Source of the DNA: Candidatus Dormiibacterota bacterium
Lineage (GTDB): Bacteria > Chloroflexota > Dormibacteria > Aeolococcales > Aeolococcaceae
Direction of reading: 5' to 3'
DNA length: 64,000 nucleotides
Assembly: GCA_963850385.1 (NCBI GenBank)
Contig: CAWKKS010000002.1
Location: 124,578 to 188,577, forward strand
Below are positions 41,615 through 54,476 of this stretch, one piece after another. Position 1 is the stretch's first letter, and every line of letters begins with the position of its first letter. Position numbers and translations under genes: made by a program. The notes beneath the pieces are model-generated. The model did no database searches and was not told the DNA's origin. It worked only from the letters and a program-made list of their open reading frames with translations.

Positions 41615-41630
41615 CCGTGTCACGACACGG
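41615..41630. promoter_or_regulatory. Perfect 7-2-7 palindrome over the predicted nrtR -35 region
   Basis: CCGTGTC-AC-GACACGG; -10 TACGTT at 41597-41602 on the minus strand. Confidence 0.45.
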
Positions 41631-41722
41631 TTGCGGCCGGCGGGCGGGAGCGGCGTCTCGTGAACCGCCCGTGACAAACCCGCCACGCCCGGCCCCCGCC
41701 GGGCACGTACGCTTCGAACGCA

Positions 41723-42349
41723 GTGAACACGTCGAACACATCGGCTGCCGTCCGCCCCCTCGGGGTGCCCCGCGCGCCGCGCCGCCGGTTCATGCCCCCG
41801 GCCGCGGTCCGGATCGCCCAGGCCTGTCTGATGGCTCGGATCGCCAGCGCGGTGGTGCTGGTCATCGCCGCCAGCTCGGCCACCATCCCGACCGCGTTCA
41901 CCGTCCCCGGCGTCGGCCGGTTCGTCCTCCCCGGGGCGCCAACCTGGTCCTCGGCGGCGGTGTGGGTCGTCTTCGCGGCCATCTTCGAGGGGGCCCTGGT
42001 GCTCCGCCTCGGCCGCCTCCGGGCAGGCAGCCGCCGGGTCATCCTGCTCGTCGAGAGCCTGGTGATCGCGGCCAGCGGGCTGTACACGGCGGCCGGCCTG
42101 AAGGTCGCGCTGCTCCCGCTGGTGAGCGCCATCGCGGCGATGGTCCTGCTCCGCCTCGACCACGTCCGCCACTCGTTCGAGCGGGCCCGCGCCGAGCGCC
42201 GCGTCCTGTGGCAGGAGATCCCTGCGACGCTCTTCGACGGCTACGCCCTGCCCGACCCCACGGCGGTCAAGGAGGTCCAGCGGATCGGCTACCGCGTGGC
42301 CGTGGAGTCCGAGCGCGCCCGGGCCGGCTCGGAGATGTCCAGGGCGTAG
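41723..42349 (+). CDS. Hypothetical membrane protein (3-4 TM helices)
   Basis: 208-aa ORF with hydrophobic helices; TACGCT -10 at 41708-41713. Confidence 0.65.
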   Translation: MNTSNTSAAVRPLGVPRAPRRRFMPPAAVRIAQACLMARIASAVVLVIAASSATIPTAFTVPGVGRFVLPGAPTWSSAAVWVVFAAIFEGALVLRLGRLRAGSRRVILLVESLVIAASGLYTAAGLKVALLPLVSAIAAMVLLRLDHVRHSFERARAERRVLWQEIPATLFDGYALPDPTAVKEVQRIGYRVAVESERARAGSEMSRA

Positions 42350-42828
42350 CCCACCGCCGTCTCGCGATGGCCGGCCAGGACGAACGTGCCGTCGGCGAAG
42401 GCGACACATCCGCGGGCCTCGTAGAAGCGTCGCGCGCCGGCCCGCGCCAGCGTCCACACCTCCATGCGCCGGCACCCCCGCGCCCGCAGCTCGGCGACCG
42501 CCCGCTCCCAGAGCGCGGTGCCCACCCCGCGCCCCTGCTCGGCGGGAACAACATAGAGGGCGGCAAGCTCGCCGTCACCGCCGCGCAGCAGGCCGAGCCC
42601 GGCCAGGCCGATGATGCGTCCACCGCGCCGGGCCGCCAGGGTCCCGGCCGGGGCCACGCGTGCGCCGACCCAGCTGCCCTGTCCCTCGAGGGTGCCGTCG
42701 AAGACACCGTCGATCTCGGCACGGCTGAAGATGTGGGCATAGGCGGAGCGCCAGGCCGCGCGCACGGTCTCCACCCGTGCATCGCGCTCGCCGATCGCCT
42801 CGCTCCAGCCGATGGCGATGTCGCTCAA
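42289..42828 (-). CDS. GNAT family N-acetyltransferase
   Basis: LYVVPAEQGRGVGTAL, ARRFYEARG; TTG start overlaps the upstream stop. Confidence 0.88.
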   Translation of the reverse strand: MSDIAIGWSEAIGERDARVETVRAAWRSAYAHIFSRAEIDGVFDGTLEGQGSWVGARVAPAGTLAARRGGRIIGLAGLGLLRGGDGELAALYVVPAEQGRGVGTALWERAVAELRARGCRRMEVWTLARAGARRFYEARGCVAFADGTFVLAGHRETAVGYALDISEPARARSDSTATR

Positions 42829-43511
42829 CGGCCGAACGGGACCTCCTGGCCGGTCACCACGAGCTCGATGGAACGGGCCATCGCGGCAGCGAACTCGGCG
42901 CGCTCGCTGGCGGCGGCGGCGGCATCGAGTTGCCGGCCGGCCTGGCGGTTGCTGATCCATGGGGGCAGCCCGCGGCCGATCAGCTCGGTGTCCACCCGGG
43001 CGCTGACGTGGCAGTCGTCGACCTCGTCCACCTCGATCGACACCCGGTTGAGCACCGACTTGTTGTCGAGCACCTTCCACGTCTTCGCCCAGCGCCGGGT
43101 GCTGCCCCCGGGGGTGATCACCAGCCGGACCGGGTCGGTGACCAGGCTGGCGCCTGCCGTCGCCGCAACCCGGGTGAGGAGCTCGCGGACGGCCGCGTCG
43201 AGGTCGCGCGCGACCCATCCGACCAGCGAGGGCGCCCGGTTGTCGAGGTCGGGAAGCCCGGCCACCACCTCGCCACCCTCGAGGGCCAGCATCGTGGACG
43301 CGTGGCGCCGGCAATACGGGGTCAAGGCCAGCGCGGTGACGTGGTTGGGACACCACGCGGTGGGGCAGTGGCGCGAACGCTTGTCGACGTAGCTGCATCG
43401 CACGCCGTCCATGCGCCGGCAACCGCCGGCCGCACAGCGCTCGTGGCCGGCCGGTGCGGTCGGCGCCGGCGGCGCGGCAGTGGTCTCCTGGCGCGGGCGG
43501 CGGCGGAACAT
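42825..43511 (-). CDS. Hypothetical protein with Cys/His-rich N-terminal domain
   Basis: GGAGGG SD; six Cys and two His in ligand-like spacing. Confidence 0.7.
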   Translation of the reverse strand: MFRRRPRQETTAAPPAPTAPAGHERCAAGGCRRMDGVRCSYVDKRSRHCPTAWCPNHVTALALTPYCRRHASTMLALEGGEVVAGLPDLDNRAPSLVGWVARDLDAAVRELLTRVAATAGASLVTDPVRLVITPGGSTRRWAKTWKVLDNKSVLNRVSIEVDEVDDCHVSARVDTELIGRGLPPWISNRQAGRQLDAAAAASERAEFAAAMARSIELVVTGQEVPFGR

Positions 43512-43544
43512 GATTCCCTCCAGGTGGGACGGGCCTCACGCGCC

Positions 43545-43573
43545 ATGGTGATGGCGATGCAGAACCGCGTCAA
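43545..43573 (-). promoter_or_regulatory. Sigma70-type promoter for the Cys-rich protein/GNAT operon
   Basis: TTGACG-17 nt-CACCAT. Confidence 0.5.
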
Positions 43574-43662
43574 GCACACCAGCTCCCCCGCAGGCTCCGG
43601 AACCGCCGCGCGGGGCTGCGCCTCTTCGCCGCAGAGCGACCCGCCGGCTGGGCGGTGAGCAG

Positions 43663-44517
43663 TCAGGCGCTGGCGTGCACGAACAACCGGTAATGCTGGG
43701 GACCGCGCGCGTTCGGCGCTGTGGGCTGCGGCCCCTGCGTCACCACGACGTCGCGGAAGCCGGCAACCTTGCACATCCCGACCAGCGCCCCGCAGTTGGG
43801 CGCCCACCAGTTGGTGATGTCGCCTTGCAGTTGGTCGGTGGAGTACGACTCCCACAGCTCCACGTCGGCCCCGCCCGGCATCTCCATGGCCTCGGTCTCG
43901 ATCACGGCGACCTCTCGGGTCAACCGCCGCAACCGCTCCAGCGCCCCCACCGGATCCTTGAGGTGATACAGCACCCCGAGGAAGAGCACCACGTCGAAGG
44001 ACCCCAGCTCCTGGAGGTCCAGTGACGAGAAGTCGTCGACGACCGACTCGACCCTGCTCTCGAGCAGACCGTGGGCGAGGTCGAACCCTCTCTTCCCGGG
44101 GAGCTCATCCGGTCGCCAGATCTCCGGGACCGTCTCGTAGGGCTGGGGCGTGACGCCCTCGCGCCGGCAGCGCTCGACGTAGCCGTGCTGGGCGGGGGTG
44201 TCGAGGCACCAGACGAAGTGATCGAGCGCGACGACCCGCGCCGCGCCGCGCCGTTCAGCCTCGAACGAGTAGAAGCCGTCCCAGGCCCCGATGTCGAGCA
44301 CCGATCTTCCGCGGACGTCAGGGAACCGCATCGCCGTGAGCTCGTTGCGGAGATGCTCCGCGCTCTTGTACCCGGTGGTCACCACGCCGTGGCCGAGGTC
44401 GATGGAATGCCACCAGCCGTAGCTCGCCTGGTAGTCGTCCGCCAGCTTGCGGAGTTGATCGCGCTCCGGGTCAGCGGGCTGAGGCGGCGGCGAGGCGGAA
44501 CGCCTGAACAGGGGCAC
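43663..44517 (-). CDS. Class I SAM methyltransferase (CmoB/DUF1698-like); start uncertain
   Basis: WWHSIDL, VLDIGAWDGFYSF, FDVVLFLGVLYHLKDP, NWWAPN. Confidence 0.85.
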   Translation of the reverse strand: MPLFRRSASPPPQPADPERDQLRKLADDYQASYGWWHSIDLGHGVVTTGYKSAEHLRNELTAMRFPDVRGRSVLDIGAWDGFYSFEAERRGAARVVALDHFVWCLDTPAQHGYVERCRREGVTPQPYETVPEIWRPDELPGKRGFDLAHGLLESRVESVVDDFSSLDLQELGSFDVVLFLGVLYHLKDPVGALERLRRLTREVAVIETEAMEMPGGADVELWESYSTDQLQGDITNWWAPNCGALVGMCKVAGFRDVVVTQGPQPTAPNARGPQHYRLFVHASA

Positions 44518-44600
44518 GGGCAGCGGGATGATACCGGGACGGCCCGCGCCGACGCCCACTGGGACCGCTGCCGGGACCGCACGCCGGGTAAGGTGTCCCG

Positions 44601-45296
44601 GTGAACAGCATCACGCCCTTGGTGGAGGAGGTCTCGGCCCGGGCCCGAGCCTCCGCCGTGTTCGTCAAGCCCCGCCTGCGTGGCGTGCTCCACGAGCTGG
44701 CCTTCCCGGTGTCGCTGCTGGGTGGGGCGTGGGCCATCCTTCACGCCCCGGCAGGAAGCGCCCGCACCTCGACCGCGGTGTACGCGGCGACGCTGAGCGG
44801 GTGTCTCGGGGTGAGCGCGCTCTACCACCGCGGTCACTGGTCGGCGCGCGCCAAGGCCTGGCTGCGGCGCGTGGACCACGCCACCATCTTCCTGCTGATC
44901 GCGGGCACGTTCACCCCCATCGCGGTCATCGCCCTGTCCGGCTGGCTCACCACGGCGACGCTGGCCGTGGTCTGGGGCGGTGCGCTGGTGGGGAGCCTGC
45001 TCAGCCTGGCGTGGACCAACGCACCGGTGGCCGTCGAGGTCGGGCCGTACCTGGCTGTGGGCGGCTTCGGGGTGGTGCTCCTGCCCCGGCTGCTGACCAA
45101 CCTCGGCGTCGGGGGGGTCGCGCTACTCGCGCTCGGCGGCGCGGCCTACGTGGCCGGCGCGATCATCTACGCGCTGCAGCGCCCCAACCCGTGGCCGCGA
45201 ACCTTCGGGTTCCACGAGATCTTCCACACGCTGGTGGTCGCGGCCGCGCTCCTCCAATGGATCGCGATCACGCGGTGGGTGTTGCCCGCCGCCTGA
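44601..45296 (+). CDS. Hemolysin III / PAQR family membrane protein
   Basis: KPRLRGVLH, SALYH, RRVDHATIFLLIAGTFTP, GFHEIFH. Confidence 0.92.
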   Translation: MNSITPLVEEVSARARASAVFVKPRLRGVLHELAFPVSLLGGAWAILHAPAGSARTSTAVYAATLSGCLGVSALYHRGHWSARAKAWLRRVDHATIFLLIAGTFTPIAVIALSGWLTTATLAVVWGGALVGSLLSLAWTNAPVAVEVGPYLAVGGFGVVLLPRLLTNLGVGGVALLALGGAAYVAGAIIYALQRPNPWPRTFGFHEIFHTLVVAAALLQWIAITRWVLPAA

Positions 45297-46047
45297 GCGT
45301 GCCGCTCGCTCGGCGGGTGCGGCCACCGCGGGCTGACAACGCGAGCACCAGAACACCGTCCGCGACGGTGCGCCCAGCGCGACGGCGCTGACCGTCGTGC
45401 CACAGGAGACGCAGGGAAGGCCGGCGCGGCCATGAACCATCCGCGCTGAGCGGAAGCTGTCGGCGACGGCGGCGCGCTTCATCAGGTCGCGCGCGCGTCT
45501 GTACAACCCGGCGATGACCTCGTCATCGAGCGCGGCCGGGCTGGTGAACGGGTTGACCCGCTCGTACCAGAGCGCGTCGCAGCGGAAGATGTTGCCGATG
45601 CCCGCGCAGACGGACTGGTCGAGGAGCACCTCGGCGATGGTCGCCCGGCTGGATGCGTGAGCACGCCGTTGCACATCGGCGACGTCCCACCAGGGGGCGA
45701 GGATGTCCGGGCCGAGACCGCCACCGGCCGCGCGCGAGCTCACCAGTTCGCAGACCGGCGCCGCGAACAGCACCGCGCGGACATCGCCGAACCCGAGGAC
45801 AGCCGTGGTGAGATGCGCAGCTCGCCGAGCGCGCTGCGTGGTCGTGTACACGTGCCACGCGCCGGTCATGCGCATGTGCGAGTGCAGCGCGATCCCGCCG
45901 TTGAAGTGCATGTAGAGGTGCTTACCCACCGGCTCAACGCGCAGCAAGGTGCGGCCGACCAGCCGCTGCAGGGCGTCGGGACGCGCGGAGGAGACGGTCC
46001 GCCCGCCTACCCGCCGCTGCAGCTCGGTGGCGGCACGCCAGATCGTG

Positions 46048-46061
<14 letters not shown>
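45123..46061 (-). CDS. nei: Fpg/Nei family DNA glycosylase (endonuclease VIII-like)
   Basis: N-terminal PEGD, GKHL, HMRMTG, H2TH LLDQ..AGIGNIF, C4 finger CVSC..WCSRCQ. Confidence 0.92.
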
Positions 46062-50409
<4,348 letters not shown>

Positions 50410-50597
50410 TCCCGTGATGATCCCGCAACCGGTGTCGATCACCGGCGCCGGGCCCACGCCCGGTCCGGCCGGGCTTACCCGGCGCTGGGCGGCGGCGTGC
50501 CCGCCGGCCCCCGCGGGAGAGGCGACGCTGCACCTTCGCCCTCCCCCGCGGTCTTCTGTGGCAGCGACCCAGGGCGGCCCGCGCTCCGCGCTCGACG

Positions 50598-50807
50598 TCA
50601 TCCCCCCAGCCGACCGAGCGGCAGTGCCAGCTGAGCGCTGCGCGCTCGCCGCCGGCGCGGCGGCCGGTGCCGCTGGCCGGACGAGCGGCGCCACCCTGTC
50701 CACGGCTCCTCCGCGGTCACGGGGAGCACCCCCAGCACCTCCGCAAGCCGGCCGCGGTAGTGGCCGGGCGGGGGCCGGTCGATCGGTGTCGCCGTGGTCT
50801 GGCCCAT
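50598..50807 (-). CDS. Putative 69-aa leaderless protein upstream of lhr
   Basis: CAGGCT -10 exactly 6 nt before ATG; ends ..SAQLALPLGRLGG. Confidence 0.45.
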   Translation of the reverse strand: MGQTTATPIDRPPPGHYRGRLAEVLGVLPVTAEEPWTGWRRSSGQRHRPPRRRRARSAQLALPLGRLGG

Positions 50808-50823
50808 GCGGTGAGCCTGAGCG

Positions 50824-50853
50824 GGGCCGGCGACAGCAGCCTGTCGCCGGCCC
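50824..50853. promoter_or_regulatory. Perfect 13-4-13 palindrome in the divergent lhr / WYL intergenic region
   Basis: GGGCCGGCGACAG-CAGC-CTGTCGCCGGCCC. Confidence 0.55.
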
Positions 50854-50917
50854 ACGGTCAGAGGAGCCGCGCCGCACCGTCCGCGACCGCTGCCGCGCGG
50901 TCACGTAAGGTGCCCGC

Positions 50918-51595
50918 GTGCGCATCCGTCGAGGCCGACCCCCCGCCGTGGCGCAGGCGCCGCACATGTTCGAGACGCGCTGGCCGGCGACGCTCGCCAT
51001 CCTGGCCGCGATCGGGTTGTACCTGGCGCTGCCACCCACCCTGGTCCTCGGGCCGGTTTGGGTATTCCCTGCGCTGGAGGGCGCCATCCTGGTGCCGCTC
51101 ACCGCCGCCCGGCCGCACCGTCACCCCGGTGAGTCGGGCCCGAGCCGCATGGCGGCGATCGTGCTCATCGCGCTGGCCAACATCGGCAACGTCGCGTCGC
51201 TCGGCCTGCTCGTACACCTGCTCCTCGGCGGCCTGCACATCACTGGGCGCACGCTCATCCTCTCGGCCATCGAGATCTACCTCACCAACGTCATCGTCTT
51301 CGGGCTCTGGTACTGGGAGCTCGACGGCGGCGGCCCGGCCGCCCGACTCGCCAACCGTTCTCCGTACCGCGATTTCCTCTTCCCGCAGATGAACGCGCCG
51401 GACAAGGCGCCGCCGGGCTGGAGGCCGACGTTCGTCGACTACCTCTACGTGTCGCTCACCAACGCCACGGCTTTCAGCCCGACGGACACGCTGCCGCTCA
51501 GCCGCAAGGCCAAGTCGTTGATGAGCGTGCAATGCGTGGCCTCGCTGCTGACGGTCGCGCTGGTGGCGGGGCGCGCCGTCAACGTGCTCACCTGA
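50918..51595 (+). CDS. DUF1345 family membrane protein
   Basis: LTNVIVFGLWYWELD, DFLFPQ, WRPTFVDYLYVS..TAFSPTD. Confidence 0.88.
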   Translation: MRIRRGRPPAVAQAPHMFETRWPATLAILAAIGLYLALPPTLVLGPVWVFPALEGAILVPLTAARPHRHPGESGPSRMAAIVLIALANIGNVASLGLLVHLLLGGLHITGRTLILSAIEIYLTNVIVFGLWYWELDGGGPAARLANRSPYRDFLFPQMNAPDKAPPGWRPTFVDYLYVSLTNATAFSPTDTLPLSRKAKSLMSVQCVASLLTVALVAGRAVNVLT

Positions 51596-51597
51596 CC

Positions 51598-52569
51598 ATG
51601 GGGCAGCGATACGAGAGTGGTGAGAAGTTCCTCCGTGTCATCCAGCTCTTCCAGCGTCTGTCGGACACGCAGGCCGGCTTGACCACCCGCCAGCTCGCCG
51701 AGCAGCTCGAGGTGACCACCCGCACTGTCCAGCGCTACATCAGCACCCTGCGCGACAGCGCGGGCATCGACATCGAGGAGGTCGACGGCCGCTTCCGCGT
51801 CGGTTCTCGAAGTCGCCTTCCCGCGATGCAGCTCGACCACTACCAGGCCACGGAGCTGCTGCTGGCGGTCCGCGCCATGCAGCAGATGCGCTCGGAGCAG
51901 GAGCCGGCGCTGGTGGGGGCGCTCGCCCAGCTGGCGCGAGCGCTCAGCGTTCCCGTGGTGACGCGCTACCTGCAGGGGCTGATCGCCGCGTCGGAGAGGC
52001 GCCCCGCCACCGGCGAGCGCCACGCGGTGGAGCGCGTCATCGTCGACGCTTTTGTACGGCGCCTGCGCACCGAGGTCACCTACCGCGACGCCGAGGGTCG
52101 CGAGACGCGCCGAGTGCTCAGCCCCTACTTCCTCGAGCCGCGAGCCGAGAGCCGCACGCTGTACATCTTCGCCCACGACGACCTCTCCGGCGAGGTTCGC
52201 CCGTTCCGCATCGACCGGGTGCGCTCCGCGCGGCTCTTGAAGGAGTCGTTCACCGTGCCGGAGAGCTTCGACATCGACGCGGTGGTGAGCGGCTCGTGGG
52301 GAATCTGGCAGGCGCCCGGCCAGGATGACGTGGTGCTGCGCTTCGACAGCGCCATCGCCGAGCGGGCCCGCGAGGCCCTCTGGCACAGGGGCGCGGAGAT
52401 CACCGAGAAGGATGGCGGCGACATCGAGGCGCGGTTGCGCGTCGCCAGCGAGAGGGAGATGCGCTCGTGGGTGCTCGGCTGGGGAGGGTCGGTCGAGGTG
52501 GTCGCCCCGCCGTCACTGCGCGAGCACGTCGCGGCGTCACTACGCCAGGGTGCGCAGCGCTACAGCTGA
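51598..52569 (+). CDS. wHTH-WYL-WCX transcriptional regulator (YafY/DriD-like)
   Basis: LAEQLEVTTRTVQRYI HTH; YRD..RVLSPY..FRIDRV WYL domain; WVLGWG..VEVVAP WCX domain. Confidence 0.93.
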   Translation: MGQRYESGEKFLRVIQLFQRLSDTQAGLTTRQLAEQLEVTTRTVQRYISTLRDSAGIDIEEVDGRFRVGSRSRLPAMQLDHYQATELLLAVRAMQQMRSEQEPALVGALAQLARALSVPVVTRYLQGLIAASERRPATGERHAVERVIVDAFVRRLRTEVTYRDAEGRETRRVLSPYFLEPRAESRTLYIFAHDDLSGEVRPFRIDRVRSARLLKESFTVPESFDIDAVVSGSWGIWQAPGQDDVVLRFDSAIAERAREALWHRGAEITEKDGGDIEARLRVASEREMRSWVLGWGGSVEVVAPPSLREHVAASLRQGAQRYS

Positions 52570-52624
52570 GCGGACGCGACGAGCGGGGGGCCTGCACGGC
52601 GCGCCGATCGTCTACCGTTGGAGC

Positions 52625-53071
52625 ATGCCCGACAAAGTCGTCAAATCCGACCAGGAATGGCGTGACCAGCTCACGCCTGAGCAGTACGCCGTGCTCCGCC
52701 GCGGCGCCACCGAGCGCGCCGGCACCGGCCAGTACGTGCATGTCGAGGCGGCCGGCCAATACCTCTGCGCCGGCTGTGGCGCGGAGCTCTTCGACTCCAC
52801 CACCAAGTACGACTCGGGCAGCGGGTGGCCGAGCTTCTACGCACCGGCCGACCCCGAGGTGATCGAGAAGCACCGCGACTTCAAGATGATCGTGCCTCGC
52901 ACCGAGGTGCGCTGCGGGCGGTGCGGAGGGCACCTCGGCCACGTCTTCGAGGATGGGCCCGAGCCGACCGGCCAGCGCTTCTGCATCAACTCGGCCGCCC
53001 TCAAGTTCGCCAAGGCGGCATCCGCTGCCGCCGCCAGTGCGGACGGCACCCAACCGGAGCAGACCCCCTAG
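52625..53071 (+). CDS. msrB: Peptide-methionine (R)-S-oxide reductase
   Basis: TERAGTG, CAGC, KYDSGSGWPSF, CGRC..HLGHVF, RFCINS. Confidence 0.97.
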   Translation: MPDKVVKSDQEWRDQLTPEQYAVLRRGATERAGTGQYVHVEAAGQYLCAGCGAELFDSTTKYDSGSGWPSFYAPADPEVIEKHRDFKMIVPRTEVRCGRCGGHLGHVFEDGPEPTGQRFCINSAALKFAKAASAAAASADGTQPEQTP

Positions 53072-53361
53072 GGCGACTGCGCCTCGTCCTCGGGCTCGTC
53101 GGGAGCCCCATCGAGCTGACTCGATCGAAAGTCGGGGCGGTCGGTGCGACGCGGCGGCTCCCCGAGGCTCGGTGTGCTGGTCACCTCTGGCCCATCGTCA
53201 TCGCGACGCGAGGTGCCCGCGCTGACGTCGGCGGCCGGCGTCTCGCCGGCGCCGGGGCCGAGGCCGTCGTTGGACGGCAGCAGGCTGCGATCGGCGTCTC
53301 CGCGAGCACGCCGCGCCTCCTGCGCGATCGGGTCGCCCTCCGCTGGCTCCGAGCCCGACAT
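53068..53361 (-). CDS. 97-aa acidic, probably disordered hypothetical protein
   Basis: GGAGGTG SD; its stop shares CTAG with the msrB stop. Confidence 0.6.
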   Translation of the reverse strand: MSGSEPAEGDPIAQEARRARGDADRSLLPSNDGLGPGAGETPAADVSAGTSRRDDDGPEVTSTPSLGEPPRRTDRPDFRSSQLDGAPDEPEDEAQSP

Positions 53362-53432
53362 GATCGACACCTCCGCGACGCGAGCTGTGCAAGCCCGTGG
53401 GGCGTGCGTGGTCAGTTTGTCAGACTGGGGAG

Positions 53433-54302
53433 GTGTCCCAGCCAGGCGTGTCGCGCGAGGCGTGGAGCCTCTTCGAGCCCATCCACGCAATCGTGTATTT
53501 CGCCCCGGAGGCGCGTGCCCACTACGCCGCCGCCGGCCTGCGTGGTGGCTGGATGGGCTACTTCGCCTCGCGGTCGGCGCCCATGGGCGAGGTGACCGCG
53601 GACGTCGTCGCAGCGGTCTTCCACAACTTCCAACCCGCGATGGTGAGGCGGGCGATCCCCGATGCGTGGAGCTACTCGAGCCCCGCGCGAACCATCGAGG
53701 CGCGGCTGGCGGCGGCCGACGAGGCCTTGCGACGGCTGTGGGCGACGGCGTGCGACTCCGGGGAGGTGCGCGAGGCGGCCCAGCTTGCCCTCGAGGCGGC
53801 CGGCGCACTGCGTGCCGACGGCCGCCCGCTCTTCGCGGGCCATGCCGGGCTGCCCGTCCCGGGCGAGCCGCACCTGGCGCTCTGGCACGCCTGCACCCTG
53901 CTCCGCGAGCACCGCTTCGATGGACACGTCGCCGCCCTCACCGTCGAGGGCATCGACGGCCTGGCGGCCCTGCTCATGGCCGTTGCCGCCGGCCGGGGCG
54001 TGGACGCAGCCACCCTGCGACGGTTCCGCGGTTGGACGGACGATGAGTGGGCCGACGGCGCTGCTCGCCTCCGCGAGCGCGGCCTGCTCGACCGCACTGA
54101 CGTGCTCACATCCGCGGGGCGGCGGCTGCATGACGCCATCGAACGCGCCACCGACGCTCTCGCGGCTGGACCCTGGGAGGCGCTGCCAGACACCCGGCGA
54201 GCACGGCTCTTCGAACTGCTCGGCGGCCTGGCCGCACGACTCGAGGGCGAGGGCGGCCTGGTGTACCCGAACCCCATCGGGGTGGGGCGTCCGACCGTCT
54301 GA
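53433..54302 (+). CDS. SCO6745-family protein
   Basis: EPIHAIVYF, YFASRSAPMG, LREHRFDGH, IERATDALA. Confidence 0.8.
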   Translation: MSQPGVSREAWSLFEPIHAIVYFAPEARAHYAAAGLRGGWMGYFASRSAPMGEVTADVVAAVFHNFQPAMVRRAIPDAWSYSSPARTIEARLAAADEALRRLWATACDSGEVREAAQLALEAAGALRADGRPLFAGHAGLPVPGEPHLALWHACTLLREHRFDGHVAALTVEGIDGLAALLMAVAAGRGVDAATLRRFRGWTDDEWADGAARLRERGLLDRTDVLTSAGRRLHDAIERATDALAAGPWEALPDTRRARLFELLGGLAARLEGEGGLVYPNPIGVGRPTV

Positions 54303-54364
54303 GCGCGGCCCGAACGCGGGGCAGACGCTTGGAGCCGGCCGCAACGCGAGGGTGCACCGATCGG

Positions 54365-54436
54365 AGCGGGAGACGGGGCTCGAACCCGCAACTTCAACCT
54401 TGGGAAGGTTGCACTCTACCGTTGAGTTACTCCCGC
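54365..54436 (-). tRNA. tRNA-Gly (anticodon CCC); CCA not encoded (3' sequence reads TCCG)
   Basis: GCGGGAG acceptor stem, CAACC-TTCCCAA-GGTTG anticodon arm, GTTCGAG T-loop. Confidence 0.96.
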
Positions 54437-54476
54437 GCCGAAGCCTGAGTGTACCGTCGCGTCTGGCGCGTCGCGG

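Noticed and set aside
41716-41737. Three GAAC repeats as a LexA/SOS box
   Set aside because: The 9-bp direct periodicity fits neither GAAC-N4-GTTC nor GAAC-N7-GAAC, and the repeats overlap a coding start
42289-43539. 416-aa ORF as one large GNAT protein
   Set aside because: Only the last 179 aa are GNAT-like; the upstream part is an alternate frame of the Cys-rich gene
54303-54476. tRNA-Gly as an island integration site
   Set aside because: No integrase, no duplicated tRNA 3' end seen and no composition shift in the flanks
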